Assembly: GCA_963758635.1 (NCBI GenBank)
Contig: CAVWWD010000003.1
Coordinates: 864,001-928,000, forward strand
DNA: 64,000 bases
Origin: an uncultured Candidatus Rokubacteria bacterium
Lineage (GTDB): Bacteria; Methylomirabilota; Methylomirabilia; Rokubacteriales; CSP1-6
Reading direction: 5' to 3'
The notes under the pieces are model-generated. The model saw only the letters and a program-made list of their open reading frames with translations. It had not been told where the DNA came from and did not search any database. Shown here one piece after another: positions 54,857-63,119 of this stretch. A program made the translations under genes and the position numbers. Each line of letters begins with the position of its first letter. The first letter of the stretch is position 1.

Positions 54857-56353
54857 ATGAAGCTCTCCGTCGAGACACGCGAGCCGGTGGAGGTTCGCGC
54901 CGATGCGCTCATCCTGGGCCGGTATGCCGGCGAGGCGCGTCCCGGCCCGGCGATCGCCGCCGTCGACGAGAAGGTCGGCGGGATGCTCCTGGCGGCGATG
55001 GGCGCCGAGAAGTTCGAGGGCAAGCCGGGACAGGTCAGCCAGGTCTTCGCGGGCGATCGGCTGCGCGCCCCGCGCGTCCTCGTGGTGGGGCTCGGGCCCC
55101 GCCGGGGTGGCGGCGCGGAGGCGGTGCGGCGCGCGGCCGCGACGGGAGCACGCCGCGCGCGGGACCTCGGGGCGGCGAATATCGCCATCGCCATGCCGCC
55201 CGACGGCCTCGACCCCCGGGCGCGCGCCCAGGCCGTCGTCGAGGGCGCGCTCCTGGGCACGTACCGCTTCGACAAGTACCTGAAGGAGAAGAGCACGAAG
55301 GTGCTCGAGGCGCTGACCGTGGTGGAGCCCGACCGGCGCCGCCACGCCGCGGCGCGGCAGGGCGTCCAGGTCGGCGAGGCGTGGGCGCATGCCACGGCCA
55401 CCACCCGTGACCTCGTGAACGAGCCGGCCAACGTCGTCACGCCGACGTACCTGGCCGAGCAGGCCCGGGCCATCGCCGAGGAAGGGGGCTGCCAGGTCGA
55501 GGTCCTCGACCGGGACGACTGCGGGAAGCTCGGCATGGGCGCGTACCTGGGCGTGGCGCAGGGGAGCCAGGAGCCGCCGCAGTTCATCCACCTCACCTAC
55601 ACGCCCCGGCAGCGCGCGCGGCGGCGGGTGGTGGTGATCGGCAAGGGGATCACGTTCGACTCCGGCGGGCTCGACCTGAAGAGCGCCGACGGCATGCTGC
55701 GCATGAAGGACGACATGTCGGGCGCGGCCGCCGTGCTCGGCATGTTCACGGCGCTGCCCCGGCTGCGCCTGCCCGTGGAGGTGCACGGGCTCGTCGCCGC
55801 CACCGAGAACATGCCGTCGGGGACGGCCCAGCGTCCCGGCGACATCGTGCGGGCCATGAACGGCACGACGATCGAGATCGGCAACACCGACGCGGAGGGC
55901 CGCTTGACCCTCGCGGACGCCCTCGCGTACGCCGCCCGCGAGATCAAGCCCGACGAGATGATCGACCTCGCCACCCTCACCGGGGCCGTGGTCGTCGCCC
56001 TCGGCCTCGGGGTGTCAGGCGTCTTCGGCTCGAACGACGGCTTCACCGGACGGGTGCTCGCCGCGGCGCAGGCCGCGGGGGAGCGGATGTGGCGGATGCC
56101 GCTCCACGACGAGTACAAGGAAGGCCTCAAGAGCGACGTGGCGGACCTGAACAACATCTCGAGCCAGCGCGGGGGCGGCGCGATCGTGGCCGCGCTGTTC
56201 ATGCGCGAGTTCACCGGCGGCCTCCCCTGGGTGCACATGGACATCGCGGGCACCGCGTTCGCCGAGCGCGAGTGGCCGCTCGGACCCAAGGGCGGGACGG
56301 GGGTGGCGGTGCGCACGCTGCTCGCGTACCTCACGAGCCTGGGCGGACGCTAG
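54857..56353 (+). CDS. pepA: Leucyl aminopeptidase (M17)
   Basis: GKGITFDSGG, MKDDMSG and NTDAEGRL. Confidence 0.95.
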   Translation: MKLSVETREPVEVRADALILGRYAGEARPGPAIAAVDEKVGGMLLAAMGAEKFEGKPGQVSQVFAGDRLRAPRVLVVGLGPRRGGGAEAVRRAAATGARRARDLGAANIAIAMPPDGLDPRARAQAVVEGALLGTYRFDKYLKEKSTKVLEALTVVEPDRRRHAAARQGVQVGEAWAHATATTRDLVNEPANVVTPTYLAEQARAIAEEGGCQVEVLDRDDCGKLGMGAYLGVAQGSQEPPQFIHLTYTPRQRARRRVVVIGKGITFDSGGLDLKSADGMLRMKDDMSGAAAVLGMFTALPRLRLPVEVHGLVAATENMPSGTAQRPGDIVRAMNGTTIEIGNTDAEGRLTLADALAYAAREIKPDEMIDLATLTGAVVVALGLGVSGVFGSNDGFTGRVLAAAQAAGERMWRMPLHDEYKEGLKSDVADLNNISSQRGGGAIVAALFMREFTGGLPWVHMDIAGTAFAEREWPLGPKGGTGVAVRTLLAYLTSLGGR

Positions 56354-56382
56354 GCGCGGGCGCGCTCGAGCGAGGCCAGGGC

Positions 56383-57225
56383 ATGGGCGGAGCGGTCGAC
56401 CTGCACTCGCACACGACGGCGTCCGACGGCACGCTCACGCCGGAGGAGCTCGTGCGGGAGGCGGCCCGGCGCGGCGTCCGCGTCCTCGCCATCACCGACC
56501 ACGACTCCACCGAGGGCCTCGCCGCCGCCCTCGACGAGGCCGCGCGGCACCGGCCGCTCGAGATCGTCCCCGGCATCGAGATCAACTGCGACGTCGAGGG
56601 CGGCGAGGTCCACGTCCTGGGGTACTGCCTGGACTACCAGGCGCCATGGTTCCAGGAGTTCTGCCGGGCCCAGCGGGAGGAGCGGCGCGCGCGCGTCCAC
56701 CGCATGGCCGCGCGTCTCTCCGACCTCGGCATGCCGATCGACGCCGAGGAGGTCTTCGCCATCGTCCGTGAGGGCTCGGCGGGCCGGCCGCACGTGGCGC
56801 AGGTCATGGTCCGGCGCGGGTACGTGAAGACCGTCCGGGAGGCGTTCGATCGCTTCCTCGCCAGCGGGAAGCCCGGCCACGTGCCCCGGGCGAAGCTCGC
56901 CCCTGAAGGAGCGGTGCGCCTCATTCGTCGAGCCGGGGGGGTGCCGGTGTTCGCCCACCCGGGCCTCGGCGACCACGACGCCCTGATCCCCTCGATGGTC
57001 GAGGCGGGGCTGATGGGTATCGAGTGCTACTACAGCGAGCACTCCGCCGCCCAGACCGCCGGGTACGTCGAGACCTGCCGCCGCCTGCATCTGGTTGCAA
57101 CAGGGGGCTCGGACTTCCACGGCCCGAAGGTGCGCGCGGGTCATCTCGGCATCCCGTCGGTGCCGCTCGCCGTGTGGGAGTCCCTCAAGGCCAAGGCGGC
57201 CCTGGCCCGCGACTCCCAGCCCTGA
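56383..57225 (+). CDS. PHP domain protein (TrpH/YciV-like)
   Basis: DLHSHTTASDG, AITDHD, GRPH, AHP and GGSDFHG. Confidence 0.92.
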   Translation: MGGAVDLHSHTTASDGTLTPEELVREAARRGVRVLAITDHDSTEGLAAALDEAARHRPLEIVPGIEINCDVEGGEVHVLGYCLDYQAPWFQEFCRAQREERRARVHRMAARLSDLGMPIDAEEVFAIVREGSAGRPHVAQVMVRRGYVKTVREAFDRFLASGKPGHVPRAKLAPEGAVRLIRRAGGVPVFAHPGLGDHDALIPSMVEAGLMGIECYYSEHSAAQTAGYVETCRRLHLVATGGSDFHGPKVRAGHLGIPSVPLAVWESLKAKAALARDSQP

Positions 57226-57380
57226 CGCTCCCCGCGGTCGCTCCGTCCCTCCCCACCGATTCTGCCGTGTAAGCCTTTCGCACATTGCTCGGTCGTGCGG
57301 GGGCGCCCAGCCCCTGGGCTAGAAGCCGCATCGCCACGCGCACTTCCGAGGCATCTGCGGCTGCCGCACCTGGCCTCTGG

Positions 57381-57396
57381 CGGCATGGTTCTTGCC
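57381..57396 (+). promoter_or_regulatory. sigma54-type promoter
   Basis: CGGCATGGTTCTTGCC (GG-N10-GC), followed by AGGAGG and ATG 57425. Confidence 0.55.
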
Positions 57397-57424
57397 CACG
57401 GGAAATCGCCAGGAGGTCTTCGCC

Positions 57425-57766
57425 ATGAGAATGATCACGACGATGGCGCTCATCGCGGCGCTCGGCCTGCTGCCGGCTGTAGGCGTGCGCGCCGCTGACG
57501 ACTCGAAGGTGAAGGAGCGCACCAACCAGGTCGAGGACGGCGCCAGGAAGATCGGCCAGGGCGAGGTCGGCCAGGGCGTCGGAGAGACGGCCAGGGGCGT
57601 CGGCGGCACGGTCGTGGAGGGCAGCAAGTACGTCGGCGAGAAGCTGAAGGAGTCCGGGCAGGCGGCCGAGCCGGCGGCCCGGTCCGCCTGGGAGCACACG
57701 CGGGACGGGGCCGTGTCCTTCGGCCGGAGCGTGAAGAGCTTCTTCACCCGGCTGTTCTCGAACTAA
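57425..57766 (+). CDS. Small exported Gly/Glu/Lys-rich helical protein
   Basis: Signal peptide ending VRA; amphipathic repeats (VGQGVGETARGVG); strong SD. Confidence 0.75.
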   Translation: MRMITTMALIAALGLLPAVGVRAADDSKVKERTNQVEDGARKIGQGEVGQGVGETARGVGGTVVEGSKYVGEKLKESGQAAEPAARSAWEHTRDGAVSFGRSVKSFFTRLFSN

Positions 57767-57768
57767 TG

Positions 57769-57838
57769 GAGCCCCCGCGCACCAGACTCATGCCGAGCGG
57801 GGGGACTGTAGAGGCCCGTGGCGGTGACCGTATTCTGC
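57769..57838. repeat. Dispersed repeat family A, copy 3
   Basis: GAGCCCCCGCGCACCAGACTCATGCCGAGCGGGGGGACTGTAGAGGCCCGTGGCGGTGACCGTATTCTGC. Confidence 0.85.
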
Positions 57839-57894
57839 CCGGGTCACGAGCGTCGGGGTCCGGACGTACGACCAAAGGCCACCGGGATTAGTGG

Positions 57895-57924
57895 TTGACG
57901 CTGCCCGGGCCGACCGATTACCGT
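57895..57924 (+). promoter_or_regulatory. sigma70 promoter for rpsU
   Basis: TTGACG-N18-TACCGT. Confidence 0.45.
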
Positions 57925-58045
57925 CATGGGGCCATACGGTCCCGGATGTTGCCGCTAAGTCGAGCAAGGAGCCGCCGGGGCCCGCACGCAGACGGTCGCT
58001 CCGCCTGCGCGCGCGAGATTTCGCGGATGGGGGGGAGCCAAGTTT

Positions 58046-58246
58046 TTGAAGATCGACGTCGTTGACAATCAGATCGAGTCCGCCCTGAAGGCCCTCAAGA
58101 AGCAGATGGTCAAGGAAGGGCTGTTCAAGGACATGAAGCGGCGGGAGTACTACGAGAAGCCGTCGGTGAAGCGGAAGCGGAAGCAGGCCGCCGCGCGGAA
58201 GAAGCGTCTCAAGGCCCTCAAGCGCTCGCAGGGCGACTCCGACTAG
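58046..58246 (+). CDS. rpsU: 30S ribosomal protein S21
   Basis: IESALKALKK...RREYYEKPSVKRKRK; TTG start. Confidence 0.93.
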   Translation: MKIDVVDNQIESALKALKKQMVKEGLFKDMKRREYYEKPSVKRKRKQAAARKKRLKALKRSQGDSD

Positions 58247-58323
58247 TGCGACGGCACCGCCCCGGCCCGCGCCGGGGCGGTGTTCTCTGCGCCCACCGCC
58301 GCGGGGACCACGTCCCGCGCGTT

Positions 58324-59175
58324 CTACGCGGCGTAGTTCGGAAACATCCTCGAAAAGACACCCGGCGCGCTCCGTCCCCGGAAGTACTCTATCTGCCGCG
58401 CCGAGTACTCCGGCCCGCCCCGGAACACGATGCTCGCCTGGGCGAGCGTGACGTCGGCCGCGGCCAGCGTCACCGCGGCGCGCCGGAACGACCCGCGCCG
58501 GTCCACCGCCGTGACCTCGTCGAAGCGGCCGAACGCCGCGAGCTCCGTCATCGGGGCGCGCGCCCCGGTGAGGGTGAGATCGATCCGGTTGGTGAGCCCG
58601 CCCTCCCGCATCGCCAGCGCGCCGAGCCACCAGGCGATCTCGTCGAGCACCACCGGCGCGAGCGCCGGATGGAGCGCCTGCGGGGTGCGCCACGCCGCCG
58701 ACGGCACGAAGCGGGCCCACACGCCCTCCGCGTCGAACGAGAGGCCTAGCTTGAGCCCGAGCGGGTTGACCGACCCGCAGGCGAGGCACTGCTCGGACAT
58801 GGGCAGGGGCCAGCCGCCCGCGCCGCCGCGCCACGGCGGCGCCGTCTCGGGTGCCAGCGCTCCGATCACCCGCACCGAGCCGGTGGTGAGCGGCTGCCCG
58901 GCGTCGAGGAAGCTCACGCTGACCGTTCCGTCCTGGACGTATCCCTCGAGCTCGAGCGGGGTCTCCACCGGCACCGACGAGGTGAGACGACCCTCGATCC
59001 GGCGCGCGCCCGCGGGGCCGCCGAGCCGCGCCGAGGCCTCGTCCAGCGCGGCCACGAGCCCGCCGCCATGGACGATGCCCGGCCAGCTCGACAGCTCCGA
59101 GGACGCGTGGAATCGCCCGCGTCCGTCGCCGCCGAGGCGCACCGCGCCGGCGAGCGCGGCGCCGATCGTCGTCAC
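58324..59175 (-). CDS. Double hotdog-fold (PaaI-like) thioesterase family protein
   Basis: WPGIVHGGGLVAALDE; second domain CLACGSVNPLGL...VVLDE. Confidence 0.75.
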   Translation of the reverse strand: MTTIGAALAGAVRLGGDGRGRFHASSELSSWPGIVHGGGLVAALDEASARLGGPAGARRIEGRLTSSVPVETPLELEGYVQDGTVSVSFLDAGQPLTTGSVRVIGALAPETAPPWRGGAGGWPLPMSEQCLACGSVNPLGLKLGLSFDAEGVWARFVPSAAWRTPQALHPALAPVVLDEIAWWLGALAMREGGLTNRIDLTLTGARAPMTELAAFGRFDEVTAVDRRGSFRRAAVTLAAADVTLAQASIVFRGGPEYSARQIEYFRGRSAPGVFSRMFPNYAA

Positions 59176-59239
59176 GGTGAGGGTCGCGGGAGCGCCCGCC
59201 CGCCGCGCTCGTGTCCGGTCATGCTCGTGATTTTACGCT

Positions 59240-59338
59240 CGGGTTGTGATGGAACGCGGACGTTGGCTTCAGCGAGCGGGCTCATACCGCGATTCTGCGG
59301 ACTCGCGGCGTGCCGTCTCGCCCTTCATTCACGATCTC
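59240..59338 (-). mobile_element. MITE-like repeat family B copy 2
   Basis: Imperfect terminal inverted repeats GGGTTGTGATGGAA ... TTCATTCACGATCTC. Confidence 0.6.
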
Positions 59339-59402
59339 CCGGTGGACCAGGATGGCGGTCGGGGATCGATCGCGAACGCGCGCCGGGGGCGCCCGCGCCG
59401 TG

Positions 59403-60629
59403 ATGCGGCCGCGTCAGCTCCTGGGGGGCCCCTTCGCCCGGGCCATGGTCACGAACTTCCTGTTCTTCGGGTGCCTGAACGGGTTCGTGCTCTTGCCGCT
59501 GTACATCCAGCAGCTGGGGGGCACCGAGGCGCAGATCGGGCTGGTGCAGGGGATGTACAGCGCGGCGGGCATCGTGTGCCAGCCCGTCATCGGCCTCTAC
59601 GTGGACCGGCTCGGCCGCCGGCTCTTCATGCTGATCGGCGCGGCGCTGCTCACCGGCGCCTCGGCGCTCTTCGTGGTGAGCGCCTCCATCCCGCTGTTCG
59701 CCGCCCTGCGGGTGCTCCACGGCGTGGCGTTCTCCACGTTCTTCGTCGCGAACTACATCCACGTGGTCGAGCTGGTGCCGCCGGAGCGGCGCGGCTGGGC
59801 GCTGGGCATCTACGGGCTCGCCGGCCTCCTGTCGACCGCGCTGGCCCCGCTGGTCGCGGAGTTCATCATCCGCCAGCTCGGCTTCCCCGCGGCGTTCTTC
59901 TTCTCGGCGCTGCTCGCCGCCGGCGCGCTCGGCATCCTGCTCAAGAGCCGCGACGCGCGCCCGCCGGCGCCCGGCGCGGGCCCGGGGCCCGAGGCCCTGG
60001 CCGAGATGGTCCGGGAGCTGCGGCGGCTGCACAACGGGCTCGCGTTCTTCTTCGGCCTCGGCACGGGGACGGTGTTCACGTTCCTGCCCACCTTCGCCGA
60101 GCAGCTCGGGGTGCGCGGGCTCGGCCTGTTCTACACGGCGTACGCCGGGGCCGCGATGGCCGTGCGGGTGGCGGGCGGCACGCTGATCGACGACCGTGGC
60201 CGGCGGGCGGTGATCGTGCCGTCGATGTTCGTGCAGACCTGCGCCACCGGCATCCTGGCCGCGCTGGCGATCCTGGTGACGCCCACGCTCGCCGTGCCGG
60301 TCCTGCCGTTCCTGTTCCTGGCCGGGCTCCTCGCCGGCGGCGCCCACGGCTTCCTCTATCCGGCGCTGTCGGCGCTCCTCATGGACGTGACGCCAGAGCG
60401 CCGGCGCGGCAGCGCGGTCGGCATCTTCAGCTCGGTCTTCCTGGTGGGCAACGCGATCGGCGCGATCGTGTTCGGCTACGTCGCGCACCGGCTCGGTTAC
60501 GCGCCCATGTGGGGGATGCTGGTCGCGCTGCTGACCGGGGGCTTCGCGTGGAGCTTGAAGCTGCCCGCGGCCGTGCCGCGTCGCATCGCGGCCCTGCCGC
60601 CGCACCGCGCGACGCCGGAGTCGTCGTAA
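59403..60629 (+). CDS. MFS transporter
   Basis: GLYVDRLGRR motif A, PERRGWALG and a second DDRGRR; about 12 TM segments. Confidence 0.9.
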   Translation: MRPRQLLGGPFARAMVTNFLFFGCLNGFVLLPLYIQQLGGTEAQIGLVQGMYSAAGIVCQPVIGLYVDRLGRRLFMLIGAALLTGASALFVVSASIPLFAALRVLHGVAFSTFFVANYIHVVELVPPERRGWALGIYGLAGLLSTALAPLVAEFIIRQLGFPAAFFFSALLAAGALGILLKSRDARPPAPGAGPGPEALAEMVRELRRLHNGLAFFFGLGTGTVFTFLPTFAEQLGVRGLGLFYTAYAGAAMAVRVAGGTLIDDRGRRAVIVPSMFVQTCATGILAALAILVTPTLAVPVLPFLFLAGLLAGGAHGFLYPALSALLMDVTPERRRGSAVGIFSSVFLVGNAIGAIVFGYVAHRLGYAPMWGMLVALLTGGFAWSLKLPAAVPRRIAALPPHRATPESS

Positions 60630-60635
60630 AGGCAC

Positions 60636-60718
60636 GGCGACACGGCGCCGCCTGTGAACGCAGAAGCGCGGTGTTGTCCCGCATGGCGAAGTCGAAATCC
60701 GCGTTCCTTCACAACCCC
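60636..60718 (+). mobile_element. MITE-like repeat family B copy 3
   Basis: CCCGCATGGCGAAGTCGAA.TCCG...TCCTTCACA shared with copy 1. Confidence 0.6.
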
Positions 60719-60795
60719 GCAGTCGAGTTGACTTGCTCGGAGGGCGGCGGCAGGATACTGCGGGACGTCACCCTCGCGACACGGAGGACGATGCG

Positions 60796-61419
60796 ATGAT
60801 TGGAACGAACCGCCTGGGAACGGCCGGCGTCCTCCTGTCCAGACTCCTCGCACGCGTGGGCATGGTCGGCGCCCGGCCCGGCGCGGTGAAGCGCGTGGGC
60901 ACGCTCGGAGCGCTCCTGGCGTGCGCGGCGGCGCTGATGGCCGCCACCGGCAAGACCGACGCGCCGGCGCCCCGCGCGGGCGGGCCGCAGGAGGCCGAGG
61001 TCGTCGGCCTGCTCGTCCACCCGGACACGCAGCAGCCGCTCGTCGTGCTCCAGGGCAAGCGCGACCGGCGCGCCTTCGCCATGGCGATCGGGCCCGCGGA
61101 AGCCACCGGCATCGCCGTCCCGCTGCGCAAGATGACGCCGCCCCGCCCGCTCACCCACGACCTGTTCCTGACGCTCTTCGGCCGGCTCAACGTGGCGGTC
61201 AAGCGCGTGGTGATCACCGACCTGCGCGACAACGTGTACTACGCCACGCTGTTCCTCACCGCGGGCGGCAACGAGCTCGCGCTGGACTCGCGCCCCTCCG
61301 ATGCCATCGCGCTGGCCATCCGCGCCAAGGCGCCCGTGTACGTGGAGGAGCGCGTGTTCGAGAAGTCCGAGCGCATCGATCCCGCGCCGACCGACCCGGC
61401 GTCGGGGCCGAGGATCTGA
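60796..61419 (+). CDS. Bifunctional nuclease (DUF151) family protein with N-terminal hydrophobic extension
   Basis: IGPAEATGI, PPRPLTHDL and LDSRPSDAIALA; the start could be a later GTG. Confidence 0.88.
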   Translation: MIGTNRLGTAGVLLSRLLARVGMVGARPGAVKRVGTLGALLACAAALMAATGKTDAPAPRAGGPQEAEVVGLLVHPDTQQPLVVLQGKRDRRAFAMAIGPAEATGIAVPLRKMTPPRPLTHDLFLTLFGRLNVAVKRVVITDLRDNVYYATLFLTAGGNELALDSRPSDAIALAIRAKAPVYVEERVFEKSERIDPAPTDPASGPRI

Positions 61420-61423
61420 GCGC

Positions 61424-62413
61424 GTGTCCGAGCTGCCCCGTCCCGATACCGACCGAGCGCTCCCCGAGACGGCCAGCACGCCCGAGCTGTCGACGCAGCA
61501 GTGGGCCATCCAGCGCCGTATCGAGGACGTCTTCGCCAAGCTCGGCGAGAAGTTCGGCGACCTGTCCGGGCGGGTCGTCGTCACGATCCGGCCCGAGGCG
61601 TCCTTCGACTCGATCGGCGGCCTCGCCGAGGCCAAGGCCATCGTGCGCGGCTTCGCCACCGCGCTCACCGAGCCGGAGCTCTACCGGAAGTGGGGGATCA
61701 CGCCGCCCCGCGGCGTGCTGCTCTACGGGCCGCCGGGCACGGGCAAGACCTTGCTCGCGCGCGCCCTCGCCACCAAGGCCGGCGCGATCTTCTTCCACCT
61801 CAAGCTGATGAACCTGACCTCCAAGTTCGGCCCGAACACCGGCGAGCTTCTCCAGGAGATCCTCGGCATCGCCCGGGCGGAGGGCCGGGCCGTGGTGTTC
61901 CTGGACGAGGCCAACGCGCTCTCGCTCGAGCACCTGCTCCCGCCCGCGCAAGCGCGCGAGGCGAGCGCGCGGCTCGTGGCCGCGCTCTGCGAGAAGCTCG
62001 ACGGGCTCGGCGACTTCGCGCCGACCCTCGTCGTGGCCTCGACCGACCGCATCGACTCCATCGACGCGTCGCTGGTGGAGCCGCGCCGGCTCGATCGCCT
62101 CGTCGAGATCGCGCTGCCCGACGGTCCCGCGCAGCAGGAGATCGTGCAGCTTGCGAAATCTCGCGCGGAGTCGGCGGCGGGGCGGCCGCTGTTCGCCGAG
62201 ATCGACTACCGCTCCCTCCTGCCGCCCATGGGCGGCATGTCAGGGGCGGAGATCTCCGAGCTGCTCCGGCGCTCCCTTGAGCGGAAGGTGCAGGCGGCGA
62301 GCGAGGGACGCGACGAGGGCCTCGTCACCACCCAGGACGTGCTGCAGCAGATCGACGGCTACCGCCGCGTGCGCGAGGTGGTGGAGAAGATCCGGTACGG
62401 ACAGTATCTCTAG
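61424..62413 (+). CDS. Single-module classic-clade AAA+ ATPase with C-terminal GQYL
   Basis: FDSIGGL, PPRGVLLYGPPGTGKT, VVFLDE and MSGAEI; ends RYGQYL*. Confidence 0.88.
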   Translation: MSELPRPDTDRALPETASTPELSTQQWAIQRRIEDVFAKLGEKFGDLSGRVVVTIRPEASFDSIGGLAEAKAIVRGFATALTEPELYRKWGITPPRGVLLYGPPGTGKTLLARALATKAGAIFFHLKLMNLTSKFGPNTGELLQEILGIARAEGRAVVFLDEANALSLEHLLPPAQAREASARLVAALCEKLDGLGDFAPTLVVASTDRIDSIDASLVEPRRLDRLVEIALPDGPAQQEIVQLAKSRAESAAGRPLFAEIDYRSLLPPMGGMSGAEISELLRRSLERKVQAASEGRDEGLVTTQDVLQQIDGYRRVREVVEKIRYGQYL

Positions 62414-62442
62414 TCGAAGGGGGCCTCGACGGCCCCCTTCGA
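62414..62442. terminator. Hairpin immediately after the AAA ATPase stop
   Basis: TCGAAGGGGGCC-tcgac-GGCCCCCTTCGA, a 12-bp perfect stem. Confidence 0.55.
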
Positions 62443-62453
62443 GCATCACCGGC

Positions 62454-62484
62454 GTGCGGGCACCCGGGCTTCGCCCGCCCGCAC
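62454..62484. repeat. Hairpin repeat family D, copy 2
   Basis: GTGCGGGC-ACCCGGGCTTCGCCC-GCCCGCAC. Confidence 0.75.
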
Positions 62485-62696
62485 CGTGCGTGGTCTCGTC
62501 GGGAGCCCGCGCACGGTGCGGACTCGGCGACCCCTGGCGTGCACGTCGGCGTGGTAGGATTTCGAGCGTCGATGTCGTTCCGCGCTCCCTCCTCTCACCG
62601 GACTTCACCGAGCGTCGTGGCGGCGGCCGCTGGCTGTCCTGGGCTGGCCACGGCGGATCCGTCGGCGCGCCCGGCGGACACGGAAGGGCGGGGCGC

Positions 62697-63119
62697 GTGC
62701 CGTCGGTGACGTTGATCAGGGTGCGGTACAAGGACACGGACACGATGTCGGTCGTCTACTACGGGAACTACCTGACCTACTTCGAGGTGGCCCGCGTGGA
62801 GTACCTGCGGGAGCGGGGCCTGCCGATGTCGGAGGTGGACCGCCGGATGCACATGCCGGTGGTGGAGGCGCGCGTGCGCTACGTGAAGCCCGCCCGCCTC
62901 GACGACCTCCTCGAGGTGACCTCGCGCGTGAGCGAGAGGAAGCGCGCGAGCTTCACGTTCAGCTACGAGATCCGCAACGAAGCCAAGGAGCTGGTGGCGA
63001 CGGGCAGCACGCGCCACGCCTGCTGGGATCCCGCCACGAGCCGGATGATCCCGCTGCCCGACTGGCTCAAGGAGATCATGCCCGATGGCGACCTCGACCC
63101 CGACCCCCGCCACGCCTGA
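62697..63119 (+). CDS. Acyl-CoA thioesterase (YbgC/4-HBT family)
   Basis: [26 protein letters not shown] and [11 protein letters not shown]. Confidence 0.9.
   Translation: MPSVTLIRVRYKDTDTMSVVYYGNYLTYFEVARVEYLRERGLPMSEVDRRMHMPVVEARVRYVKPARLDDLLEVTSRVSERKRASFTFSYEIRNEAKELVATGSTRHACWDPATSRMIPLPDWLKEIMPDGDLDPDPRHA

Noticed and set aside
62485..62696. ZTP or THF riboswitch for fhs
   Set aside because: No consensus elements seen, and a thioesterase gene intervenes.
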